The notes under the pieces are model-generated. The model was not told the DNA's origin and did no database searches. It saw nothing but the letters and a program-made list of their open reading frames with translations. From an uncultured Candidatus Saccharibacteria bacterium (lineage in GTDB: Bacteria; Patescibacteriota; Minisyncoccia; Phycocordibacterales; UBA2100), in the NCBI GenBank assembly GCA_964471165.1, contig CAYYEX010000001.1:129037-193036 (forward strand): 64,000 bases of DNA, read 5' to 3'. The translations under genes and the position numbers were made by a program. Positions 56,002-64,000 of this stretch are shown piece after piece (the first letter of the stretch is position 1; each line of letters opens with the position of its first letter).

Positions 56002-56346
56002 GTCCAGAGAGACTATTCGCCTATTCGCGTGCGACCAATGTTTCTTAGCGGTACTCCGCTTTAGAAACATGAAGTACTCTTGTGGTGAATTAGAGAATAG
56101 TTGAATACACACAAGGTGTGCGGTCGCACAGGTTGTGTGTATGTGTCACTTCAAGGTTCGACCTTGAAGTAGGTCTGGTGCGGGCCCCACACCGCCGCGC
56201 AAATCGTTCTTTCCGCGCAGGCCACCTGCAACCGTCCGGGCAATCGCCCGGACTTCTGCTTTATGTCCCCATTTTCTTTCTCTAACGAATGTCTTCCGCA
56301 CAAGGTCCGACCTTGTCATCGCTTGGACTGCGTCCTGATCTAATAC

Positions 56347-56397
56347 CTCCCGAGATACTCCGGGATTCAGCCCGGCTAGGCATAGCCGAGGCATCAC
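56347..56397 (+). repeat. dispersed REP/MITE-like element, short form (copy e)
   Basis: cctcccgagatactccgggattcagcccggctaggcatagccgaggcatca. Confidence 0.6.
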
Positions 56398-56426
56398 TAG
56401 CGAATCTACATTTTCGGGCGTAGCAT
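56398..56426 (+). promoter_or_regulatory. array promoter-like box (P-box copy 5)
   Basis: tagcgaatctacattttcgggcgtagcat, 8 nt before the ATG. Confidence 0.5.
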
Positions 56427-56434
56427 CAGGCTGT

Positions 56435-57421
56435 ATGTACGTGATAGTTGACACAAACATAATTCACAAGGATTACTATTTGTCATCAAAAAAATTCGTT
56501 GCACTATTTGAATACCTAAGAAAAACTCCCCACAAATTGATTATTCCTCAGATCGTTGAGAATGAACTAACGGAACATTTTAGACGTGATGTGGTTAGTT
56601 TACGTGAACTGCAAGGTTCGTTCATTCACGACACAGACAAGCTATTGAAGACAGCGATATCACGCAAAGATATCGATGAAGACGCCGAGTTAAAGAAATA
56701 TATAAAGTTTCTCGAAAAGTTCTACGAAAACAACCCAGTAGAACGAGCACTGCACAATTCGGATTTCTTTCTTGAAATTGTTGAGCGTGCAGTGCGTCGG
56801 CGTGCGCCGTTCGTCAAAGGCGAAAAACCTGACTATGGATTTAAAGATGCAGTACTTTGGCACCATGTTAGAGAAATTGCGCATAAAGGCCACGAGGCGT
56901 TGGCCTTTATTAGTGCCAACACATCTCAATTTGCAAATGCTTCTAAAGACGACTTAAATCCTGAACTCAGAGCAGAGTTGTCCCGCTCCAACACTACATT
57001 TAAATACTTCACAACACTTGAATCTTTTCTGGAGAAGTATGGAGCCCCATTACAAGGTATTACCCACGAGGCCGTTAAAAAAGCACTCGACTTGAAGGCC
57101 CTGGAAATGAAAGAAACAGGCGCATTCAAGGAGGAATTCCTCAAAGAGATATTTGAGTACGCGCTATACAAATCGGTGCAACAAATAGAGTTTGAGAGAC
57201 TCGAATTAAGCAATTTCTTCGTTTCAGCAATGGACAAGAAGTCATACTTCCTTGAAGCAGTGGGTAGCGCATTCGCATGGGTTCTTATATGGGATCCCAC
57301 AACCGAGCCGTACCCTGATGAACTCCGTACAACATTTAAAGCCACCTTGAGGTTTGATCGGAAAACATCCGAACTCGTTGCGGACTCAATATCGATCGAC
57401 AAGTACGATATCCCATTTTAG
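56435..57421 (+). CDS. PIN-like (DUF4935-type) domain protein, AT-rich relative to surroundings
   Basis: 328 aa; N-terminal MYVIVDTNII...(D-x-N PIN start) with extended helical C-terminal region; codon usage visibly A/T-rich. Confidence 0.55.
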   Translation: MYVIVDTNIIHKDYYLSSKKFVALFEYLRKTPHKLIIPQIVENELTEHFRRDVVSLRELQGSFIHDTDKLLKTAISRKDIDEDAELKKYIKFLEKFYENNPVERALHNSDFFLEIVERAVRRRAPFVKGEKPDYGFKDAVLWHHVREIAHKGHEALAFISANTSQFANASKDDLNPELRAELSRSNTTFKYFTTLESFLEKYGAPLQGITHEAVKKALDLKALEMKETGAFKEEFLKEIFEYALYKSVQQIEFERLELSNFFVSAMDKKSYFLEAVGSAFAWVLIWDPTTEPYPDELRTTFKATLRFDRKTSELVADSISIDKYDIPF

Positions 57422-57600
57422 ACAAGTGTTCTTGCCTACATCAAAAAAGTATTCTGAGTCTTTGCAAAACATGAGACTCTTCCGTCTTTTTTTGATAAAA
57501 TCAAGCAATATGACGATTGTTTCAAGGACATCGTTGACATCGATCTCGTCCGCAATGCTCGCCGTGCAAATTTTTGTCGCTTCTGCATTGACCGCGTGTT

Positions 57601-57642
57601 CATTAGCCTGTACGCTGGGACTTCCCAGCGTACAGGCTAATG
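57601..57642. repeat. perfect 19-20-bp inverted repeat CATTAGCCTGTACGCTGGGA...TCCCAGCGTACAGGCTAATG
   Basis: seen directly; 4-nt loop; immediately upstream of an intrinsic terminator. Confidence 0.7.
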
Positions 57643-57651
57643 AAGTGAGTA

Positions 57652-57686
57652 AATAACAAAACCGTGCTTCTTGCGCGGTTTTTTGG
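57652..57686 (+). terminator. intrinsic terminator after PIN-like gene
   Basis: AACCGTGC-TTCTT-GCGCGGTT plus TTTTTT. Confidence 0.65.
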
Positions 57687-57811
57687 ACTGAGATATTTGG
57701 ATGCAGTTCTAGGCGCGGGCGAGGCGGGTTCCGAGCCGTACTGAATGTACGGTGAGGAGCACGGCGACGCACGCAACAACGAAATGCGCCAAATAGTTCA
57801 GTCCATCATAT

Positions 57812-57846
57812 TAAGAAAAAGTCCCCTTCCGGGGACCTTTTCTTAA
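57812..57846 (-). terminator. rpoD terminator (bidirectional)
   Basis: AAAAAGTCCCC-TTCC-GGGGACTTTTT. Confidence 0.75.
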
Positions 57847-59159
57847 TATGATCGGAGCTGTTTTGCTCGTTCGTGGAATCGGATTCGTTCGAGAGCTTTG
57901 GCCTCAATCTGGCGAATACGTTCGCGGGTTACGCCGAACTCTCGGCCCACCTCTTCGAGTGTGTAGCAGATGCCGTCGTCTGTGAGCCCGTTTCGCATTT
58001 CGAGGATTTTGCGCTCCTTTGGTGAGAGCTCGTCGAGAATGCCCATCATCTGCTCGGAGAGGATTCGGCGCGATGCGTCCTGGTCTGGAGCGGCGATTGT
58101 GTCGTCGGCGATGAACGAGCCCAATGTTGAGCGCTCGTCGTCATCTTCACCCACTGGAGATTCGAGTGATACGGTGTCCTGGTTGATTTTCTGAATGGTG
58201 TAAATTTTGTCGACTTCAATGCCCATTTCTGCGGCAATTTCTTCTGGCAGTGGGTCGCGGCCCAAGTGTTGCGAGAGTTCGCGCACCTTCTGCTTGTACT
58301 TGGCGATGGTTTCCACCATGTGCACCGGAATACGAATCGTTCGAGACTGGTCGGCGAGTGCGCGGGTGATAGCCTGGCGAATCCACCAAGTAGCGTATGT
58401 AGAAAACTTAAAGCCCTTGGAGTAGTCGAACTTGTCTACGGCCTTAAAGAGGCCGAGGTTCCCTTCCTGAATCAGGTCGAGGAGGGTCAAATCTGGAGAG
58501 CGGTTTACGTATTTCTTGGCGATAGATACCACCAAGCGGAGGTTGGAGCGTGCCAAAATCGAGCGAGCTTCGTCGTCGCCCACGAGAATGCGCTTTGCGA
58601 GGTCTTTCTCCTGTTCACCGTTGAGCAGTGGGTACTGACCGATTTCTCGGAGGTACATCTGCACAGAGTCGTAGTTGGAATCAGAGCGGCGGTTCTGGAG
58701 CTTCTTGGAAGCGAGCACAGAATCTGCCGAAGTGTCTTCGAGCATGCCGCCGCCTTCGAGCACATCGATGCCGGCCGTCGAAAATCGCTCATACATTTCT
58801 TCGAGCAACGTCATGTTGTCTTCGATTGTTGGGAACTCGCGCAAAATCTCGTCAAACGTTACGTAGCCGCGCTCTTTCCCGAGCCCAATGAGCGCCTGCA
58901 CCTTGTCGGCAGACTTTCCTTTCATTTCAAACTTGGCGCCGGCGAGCACCTGCTTTTTTACCTTGCCGCCCTTAATTTCAACCTTCTGCATTGGCTGTTG
59001 CTTGGCAGGAGTGCGGCCCGCGCGCGAAGTGGCGCTGGTGCGGCGTGGTTTTGCAGGCGAGCGTTTGACCGCCGTCTTTTTGGTCTTCGTTGCGCCAGCG
59101 GCACGATTTTGCTTGCCTGCCTTCTTCACTTTCTTTGCAACTTTTTTTGCTTTTGCCAT
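57843..59159 (-). CDS. rpoD: RNA polymerase sigma-70 factor RpoD with Lys/Ala-rich N-terminal tail
   Basis: regions 1.2-4 present ([44 protein letters not shown]). Confidence 0.95.
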   Translation of the reverse strand: MAKAKKVAKKVKKAGKQNRAAGATKTKKTAVKRSPAKPRRTSATSRAGRTPAKQQPMQKVEIKGGKVKKQVLAGAKFEMKGKSADKVQALIGLGKERGYVTFDEILREFPTIEDNMTLLEEMYERFSTAGIDVLEGGGMLEDTSADSVLASKKLQNRRSDSNYDSVQMYLREIGQYPLLNGEQEKDLAKRILVGDDEARSILARSNLRLVVSIAKKYVNRSPDLTLLDLIQEGNLGLFKAVDKFDYSKGFKFSTYATWWIRQAITRALADQSRTIRIPVHMVETIAKYKQKVRELSQHLGRDPLPEEIAAEMGIEVDKIYTIQKINQDTVSLESPVGEDDDERSTLGSFIADDTIAAPDQDASRRILSEQMMGILDELSPKERKILEMRNGLTDDGICYTLEEVGREFGVTRERIRQIEAKALERIRFHERAKQLRSY

Positions 59160-59323
59160 GTGGTTGATATTTGAGCCTAATAATTTTTTAATGAAAATGA
59201 TGTGAACCCGCCAAAGTATATATAAACGTGTCGAAACAGCCCCTATTTCAGGAAGCTGCTTTTCAAAGTGTGGCTAGGCCTTATGTACTTACCTACCTAG
59301 TGCCTAACATGGAGATTGTATAC

Positions 59324-61027
59324 CTACCCCTGAATCTGTGCAAGTCGCTTGCGCAGCTTATCCAGCGATTCAAACGCCTTGTCTACCCCAGACTGGTCTT
59401 TGCGCACTTCTGCGTCACGCACCGTGTCAGTCAGAACCGCGATTTCTGCCTGAAGTTTGCTCTTGAGTAGTCCGTTGGAAATATCTTTTGCTTCTTTTTC
59501 AAGCGACGGCACATTCTTAAACATGTCTGCCGCCAAAAAACGCATCGCCTCTGCATCGGTGCCAGGCAAATTGCGCAGCTGTGTAATCACATTCTCACCC
59601 AACGCTTCGCTCAAATCTTTTTCATATGCGACTGTATCGAGTGCAGCATCCGGCGTCGACTCCTGCCAAAGCAGAAGCGCAAACGCCTGGCGCACTTTGT
59701 CGGTCAAAAAGTTTCTCCCTTCAGTTGCTGTGGCAGATTGCTGTTGGTCGGGCGTGCGAGCACGCGGCACGTTGTTGAACGTTTCCATCACTGCGCCTTC
59801 AGACACATTGAGGCGCCGCGCAATTTCGCGCACGTATTGCTCGCGTGCAATCGGGCTTTGCACATCGGCCAAAAATGGCAGCACCACCGCTTCCACATTG
59901 CGGCGAAACTTATCGCGCTCGGGCGCATGCGCATACAGCACGTCGAGCAGAAACGTGATTATGTCTTTGCTGTCGCGAATTGCTGCGCGCCACGCCTCCA
60001 CCCCTTCTTTCAATATCAAATCCGCAGGGTCGCTCCCTGTTGGCAGTTGCGCGACCTTTACGTTCATGCCGCCCTGGAGTGCCGCACGTGCCGCTTTGCC
60101 TGCCGCTTTGATGCCGGCTTGGTCTGCATCGAGCGCAATCACCAGGTTCTCCGTCATGCGCTTTACGAGCGTTACGTGTTCGGGGGTAAACGCAGTGCCA
60201 GAAACTGCCACCGTGTTGCTCCACCCTGCCTCATGCGAGGCAAGCAAGTCCATCTGCCCTTCCACCAGAATGGCAAAATTGTGTTTGCGGATTGATTGCT
60301 TGGCCTTGTCGAAGCCGTAGAGTACGCGTGATTTATGGAACAGCGGCGTTTCCGGACTGTTTAAGTATTTCGGTGCCTCGGGCGATGCGTTTTCTCCGAA
60401 TATGCGCCCTGAAAATCCCACAATGCGCCCCGCAGGGTCGCCAATTGGAAACATGATGCGATTGCGGAACTTATCGGTGAGCCCACCGCGCTCTGAGCGC
60501 TTACTCAATCCCGCTTCGATGATTTCGTTGTCGGAGAACTTTTTGCTTTTGAAGTATTCCGACGCCTCGCTCCACGAATCCCCCGCCCATCCCACGCGGA
60601 ACGACTGCACGATGCCCTCGGATATGCCGCGCTCTTTCATATATTTCTTTGCCTCGTCGTTGAGCCGCGATGTGTAGAAAATGGTGGCAGTTTCGAGGAG
60701 CTCAAACAATCGGTCGCGCGCGTCGCGCAATTCCGGTTTTTCGTAGGTGAGTTGCACCCCCGCTTTTTCTGCAAGCACTTTGAGCGCACCTTTGAAATCC
60801 AGCCCTTCGATTGCTTCTACGAATGAAAAGATGTCGCCCCCCACGCCGCAGCCAAAACAGTGATAGGTTCCACGGTCCGGCGACACGTGGAAGCTCGGTG
60901 TGCGCTCCGCGTGGAACGGACAGCGTGCCCGCGTGCTTGAACCAGCGCGCTCCAGCTTCACGTATTGCGAAACCACATCCACGATGGAAAGCCTGTCTTT
61001 GATTTGCTGTACGGAATCAAATGCCAT
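59324..61027 (-). CDS. dnaG: DNA primase
   Basis: zinc ribbon CPFHAERTPSFHV...CFGCG, TOPRIM ALDADQAG; classical dnaG-rpoD arrangement. Confidence 0.95.
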   Translation of the reverse strand: MAFDSVQQIKDRLSIVDVVSQYVKLERAGSSTRARCPFHAERTPSFHVSPDRGTYHCFGCGVGGDIFSFVEAIEGLDFKGALKVLAEKAGVQLTYEKPELRDARDRLFELLETATIFYTSRLNDEAKKYMKERGISEGIVQSFRVGWAGDSWSEASEYFKSKKFSDNEIIEAGLSKRSERGGLTDKFRNRIMFPIGDPAGRIVGFSGRIFGENASPEAPKYLNSPETPLFHKSRVLYGFDKAKQSIRKHNFAILVEGQMDLLASHEAGWSNTVAVSGTAFTPEHVTLVKRMTENLVIALDADQAGIKAAGKAARAALQGGMNVKVAQLPTGSDPADLILKEGVEAWRAAIRDSKDIITFLLDVLYAHAPERDKFRRNVEAVVLPFLADVQSPIAREQYVREIARRLNVSEGAVMETFNNVPRARTPDQQQSATATEGRNFLTDKVRQAFALLLWQESTPDAALDTVAYEKDLSEALGENVITQLRNLPGTDAEAMRFLAADMFKNVPSLEKEAKDISNGLLKSKLQAEIAVLTDTVRDAEVRKDQSGVDKAFESLDKLRKRLAQIQG

Positions 61028-61052
61028 TCCCGCTATTATGCTCTGAACTCAT

Positions 61053-61093
61053 ATAAAAAGCATGGGGAGGTCCGAACGAGCCGGTCCTCCCCC
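61053..61093 (-). terminator. intrinsic terminator of ORF 61139..61375
   Basis: GGGGAGGTCCG-AACGAGC-CGGTCCTCCCC, T-run on minus strand. Confidence 0.6.
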
Positions 61094-61138
61094 ATGAATG
61101 GATCTTTCCTCGTACAAAGAGCGAGATTTCTTCGGCCT

Positions 61139-61375
61139 CTACTTCACCACGTGCATGTACGGTACAGCTGTGGGTATGCGTCCGGACAACACGGTTACCT
61201 CGGAGATCGTAAAGAAATCGTGGATCTGGATTTCGGAAAAATCCTTACCAGGGAATTCCTTGCTCACGACCGCAATCACTTCGGCAAACGTTGGCCTCGC
61301 TTGAGCACCCCAGACAACAAGTTTCTGGCCGGTGCCCACGTAGTTCTCAATAACCGTAGGTGACTTCACTGCCAT
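61139..61375 (-). CDS. hypothetical small protein
   Basis: 78-aa ORF with terminator. Confidence 0.35.
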   Translation of the reverse strand: MAVKSPTVIENYVGTGQKLVVWGAQARPTFAEVIAVVSKEFPGKDFSEIQIHDFFTISEVTVLSGRIPTAVPYMHVVK

Positions 61376-61394
61376 TGCGGATTCTCCCTTTGCC

Positions 61395-61586
61395 TCACAC
61401 TTTCAGAACGGAGATGAGCCCCATCAGTGCGAAGAAAACGCCCCACCCAAGCTTCGCACTTTCGAACGCCGAACCGATGAGGGAGCTACCGAAAATAATG
61501 AACACCGTCCCTACGAGCAATACGCCGGCAGGGAGACAGCCCTTCTTTGAAAGTCCGTGATCATCCGAATCCTCGTGAAGTGACAT
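61395..61586 (-). CDS. small 2-TM membrane protein
   Basis: 63 aa. Confidence 0.3.
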   Translation of the reverse strand: MSLHEDSDDHGLSKKGCLPAGVLLVGTVFIIFGSSLIGSAFESAKLGWGVFFALMGLISVLKV

Positions 61587-61599
61587 CGCCCATACTCCT

Positions 61600-61902
61600 T
61601 CAGCTGTCGCCCGGCTTCGGCTCGCGAATCATGTAGAAGATTTTCTGATCGCTGAACCGCGGGTCGCCAACCATCTGTCCCGGCTTGAAAATCTCGGGAT
61701 GCAGCATGATGGGTGTGTTTGGCTGGCTCATGTGCACAGTGCGAACCACGGTGCACGCGGCCGCAAGTTTTTGCGGATCCGGGATGTGCATCGCCACCTT
61801 GTCGCGATTCGCCATCTGCACCGCACCAGCGCTGATCGCCGAACAAATCACTGCAACCAGCGCCGCAGCGGCACATGCCTTGCCTACACCCACTTGCCTC
61901 AT
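61600..61902 (-). CDS. hypothetical secreted protein
   Basis: 100 aa; signal-like N-terminus. Confidence 0.35.
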   Translation of the reverse strand: MRQVGVGKACAAAALVAVICSAISAGAVQMANRDKVAMHIPDPQKLAAACTVVRTVHMSQPNTPIMLHPEIFKPGQMVGDPRFSDQKIFYMIREPKPGDS

Positions 61903-62048
61903 GTTCGCCTCCCAGAACTCGCAAGAGCGCCAACCGCTCTACCCGCAACAACCATATGCTCCCGCCTTCTCCATGTCAAAAGCGTGAAAAATCGAAATGC
62001 TGGGCAGCCTACCCTGCCCAGCATCGATATTTTTCCGCGTCAGCGGAA

Positions 62049-62342
62049 TCAGGAATGGTGCGGAATCGCAACCGTCTTGCCATTGTAGAACCGCACCGTG
62101 ACGGACCAGTCGTCCATGCTCATGCCCGCGCCGAAGGCGAAGTCCACCGTCACTTCGTCGACATTCGGATCAGCTTCGATTGCGCGCTGAACTTCTATTT
62201 CAGCCTGCCCGAGCGAGATGTTCCGGGCGCGAGCGCTTTTGATTGCGGTCTCAATCGTCCGAAGGAGCTCCAGCTCCTCGGGCGGAAAGACAATCTTCCG
62301 CACGTTGCGGATTGCGTCGGCGAGCGCGTGTTGAAGCGACAT
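62049..62342 (-). CDS. hypothetical protein
   Basis: 97-aa ORF. Confidence 0.35.
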   Translation of the reverse strand: MSLQHALADAIRNVRKIVFPPEELELLRTIETAIKSARARNISLGQAEIEVQRAIEADPNVDEVTVDFAFGAGMSMDDWSVTVRFYNGKTVAIPHHS

Positions 62343-62432
62343 GGCATCCTCCCTGTGGATGACTCCTGGCCCTTTCGTCTGCCATAGTAATCAAACCACG
62401 CCACCAAAAAACGCAAAGGGATATGGGTGCGC

Positions 62433-62464
62433 GAAAAAAACAAAGCCGGGCTTCTGCACCCGGC
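62433..62464 (-). terminator. intrinsic terminator of ORF 62487..63116
   Basis: GCCGGG-hairpin-CCCGGC followed on minus strand by TTTGTTTTTTT. Confidence 0.6.
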
Positions 62465-62486
62465 ATTGGTCTTGTTTCTGGGGCCA

Positions 62487-63116
62487 CTAGGCCCTGGCGA
62501 ATCCGCATGGTTCGTACCGATGACCCATCGCATCGGTACGATGTTCGGTGCGTAGCGGCCTCACTTCCCCATCGTCGAAACGACCGAAAAGCGATTTACC
62601 CCCGTCGTGCAACCGTACGTCTTTTGGCAAGAGCGCGTATTCGAGTCGGTCTGCAATTTCGCAGAGAATCGAATAACATTCCAGCCCATCGAGATGATGG
62701 CACCGTGCACCTGCAACGATGCGCACGAGGCGCTCCGTATGGTACTCCGGGTCGAGAAACACGAGCAGCATGTCTCCCATCGAATGTGCAAACTCGAGGG
62801 TGTGAACCGCCACGAAATCAGGATGGGAAAACGCCACCACACCGCGATAGCATTCAATCCTCCGCGCCGCTTTGGCGAGCATCTTCTTCGTGATTCGAAA
62901 CCGGGCATCCAGATACATGCGCTCGAGATCAATGAGCACCTGCGGGTAGTCCGGTCCGTACATTTCCGGCACGAGCACATCGCCACGCGCCGAAAGTCCT
63001 TCGCGGTACGTCGGCAGCGGCACCTGCACAAGCAGATACCGGATACGGAAATCCATCCAGAACTTCCGTACAGTGTGGGCGGTACGTTCGAGTAGACTCA
63101 GCGGTTGAATTGTCAT
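62487..63116 (-). CDS. hypothetical protein
   Basis: 209-aa ORF. Confidence 0.45.
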   Translation of the reverse strand: MTIQPLSLLERTAHTVRKFWMDFRIRYLLVQVPLPTYREGLSARGDVLVPEMYGPDYPQVLIDLERMYLDARFRITKKMLAKAARRIECYRGVVAFSHPDFVAVHTLEFAHSMGDMLLVFLDPEYHTERLVRIVAGARCHHLDGLECYSILCEIADRLEYALLPKDVRLHDGGKSLFGRFDDGEVRPLRTEHRTDAMGHRYEPCGFARA

Positions 63117-63177
63117 CGCGTTTCCTCGACAGAAAAACCTAGCAGTACAGTACGCGAGCTGGAAAACCGGTCAAGCA

Positions 63178-63252
63178 AATCCCTAAAGGGATTCAGCCCG
63201 GCTTGCATTGACGCGCCTCGGCGATGCTTCGCCGGGCTGCGATCCCTGTGGG
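63178..63252 (+). repeat. dispersed REP/MITE-like element, long form (copy f), internally inverted-repeated
   Basis: gggattcagcccggc...ttgcattgacgcgcctcgg...gccgggctgcgatccc; reverse complement of copy c shares ttgcattgacgcgcctcgg. Confidence 0.55.
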
Positions 63253-63265
63253 ACCGCGTGCATCA

Positions 63266-63297
63266 CAAAAAAGCCTCGCGAAAGCGAGGCTTTTTTG
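63266..63297 (-). terminator. rpoC terminator (bidirectional)
   Basis: AAAAAAGCCTCGC-GAAA-GCGAGGCTTTTTTG. Confidence 0.8.
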
Positions 63298-63314
63298 TTT
63301 TGGAGCTTCGGAAA

Positions 63315-64000
63315 TTACGCCGAGCGCTGCAATGTTTCCTGCTGTTGCTGTGTCTCCACAACTTCTGCGGGTGCCATCGCTGCAAACTGCGCTTCCATGT
63401 CCTGAATGTAGCCGTACTTCTTGGAGCCCTTGAAGCCGGTGCCTGCAGGAATGAGGCGGCCGATGATGACGTTTTCCTTGAGACCAACCAATCGGTCGAT
63501 TGAGCCAGACACGGCAGCTTCTGCAAGCTTGCGTGGAGTGTTCTGGAACGAAATTGCCGAGAGGAACGAAGCGCGTGTGAGCGATACTTCGGTGATGCCG
63601 AGGAGCAATGGCTTTGCCTTTGCCGGCTCGCCACCAACTTCCTTCTGCACGCCGTTGATCCGGTTGAGTTCGAAATCGGTAATGATTTCCCCTGCCGAAA
63701 CTCCAGTGTCGCCAGAAGCAGCAACCTGCACACGTGAGAACATCTGCTTGACGATGATTTCCAAGTGCTTGCGCGCCGTGGATACACCCTGCAATTCGTA
63801 GATGCGTGTGATTTCGTTGATGATGTACTGCTGTGCGATTTCCTTTCCGCCGAGGAGGAAGAGCTCTTCCAAGTCTGCAGAACCGTCGGTGAGGAATTGA
63901 CCCTTTACCACTGTGTCGCCCACCTTTACGTGAATCGTTCGCAATGGGTGGATGCGGTATTCGGTCTCCTTCTTCACGCCCTTTGCAGTCTTTGCAGTTG
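63315..64000 (-). CDS. rpoC: DNA-directed RNA polymerase subunit beta' (C-terminal part; gene continues beyond window)
   Basis: C-terminal signature NVIIGRLIPAGTGF and preceding conserved beta' segments. Confidence 0.9.
   Translation of the reverse strand, partial: TAKTAKGVKKETEYRIHPLRTIHVKVGDTVVKGQFLTDGSADLEELFLLGGKEIAQQYIINEITRIYELQGVSTARKHLEIIVKQMFSRVQVAASGDTGVSAGEIITDFELNRINGVQKEVGGEPAKAKPLLLGITEVSLTRASFLSAISFQNTPRKLAEAAVSGSIDRLVGLKENVIIGRLIPAGTGFKGSKKYGYIQDMEAQFAAMAPAEVVETQQQQETLQRSA

Noticed and set aside
56146-56460. 104-aa minus-strand ORF
   Set aside because: Composed of translated repeat modules (REP copy e gives the CLAGLNPG peptide) and palindromes. Same artefact as the N-terminal extensions of ORFs 41691..41888 and 44135..47212.
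49242-57700. Classical integron (intI plus attC array)
   Set aside because: No integrase gene in the window and no attC-like R''/L''-L'/R' sites with GTTRRRY cores. Cassettes carry their own promoter-like boxes. Kept only as an analogy.
57354-57772. ORFs overlapping the 20-bp palindrome (57354..57656 plus strand; 57386..57772 minus strand)
   Set aside because: Both span a perfect palindrome and a terminator, so they are mirror-image artefacts. No RBS.

Overview
This 64-kb window looks like bacterial chromosome, fairly GC-rich by eye and compactly organised. Most of it is ordinary housekeeping. The minus-strand coding region at 346..1396 is HIT followed by pth. A plus-strand cell-division block runs lepB, a HisRS-like gene, rpsU, ybeY, ftsA, ftsZ, trxB. 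Then come pyrE, pyrF, a NUDIX hydrolase and cfa, an ABC-2 exporter pair, a small tRNA locus (tRNA-Ser, tRNA-Glu), and a copper-uptake cluster (YcnJ-like CopC-CopD fusion with a possible YcnI-like partner). Further on are tsaC, tRNA-Val, an ABC exporter, tsaD, valS, a PrsW-like protease, Hsp20, an S41 peptidase, a UvrD-family helicase-nuclease, the classical dnaG-rpoD pair and the 3' end of rpoC. Many small membrane or secreted hypothetical proteins, PG-binding and PrsW/YcnJ-type genes, and tRNAs without encoded CCA suggest a small-genome Gram-positive-like or CPR/Patescibacteria-like lineage. That lineage call is inference only. The unusual part is roughly 47.1-57.7 kb, with outliers near 41.8 and 63.2 kb. 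It is an array of small genes built from reused non-coding modules. These are a shared promoter-like box, a shared GC-rich terminator hairpin, a ~100-nt repeat carrying an ATCCAATTGGAT palindrome, ATTCGCGCGAAT palindromic boxes, and a dispersed REP/MITE-like element found in both orientations. The array holds small transmembrane peptides, a convergent deaminase/SAM-methyltransferase pair with a truncated second deaminase copy, and an AT-rich PIN-like gene. I read it as an integron-like or hypervariable, possibly defence or toxin-immunity, cassette island of an undescribed type. Other notable points are a HisRS-like gene without recognisable class II motif 2, a long inverted duplication of the tRNA-Ser 5' half, and a possible redox cluster (DoxX, a plastocyanin-like ORF, cytochrome b5).
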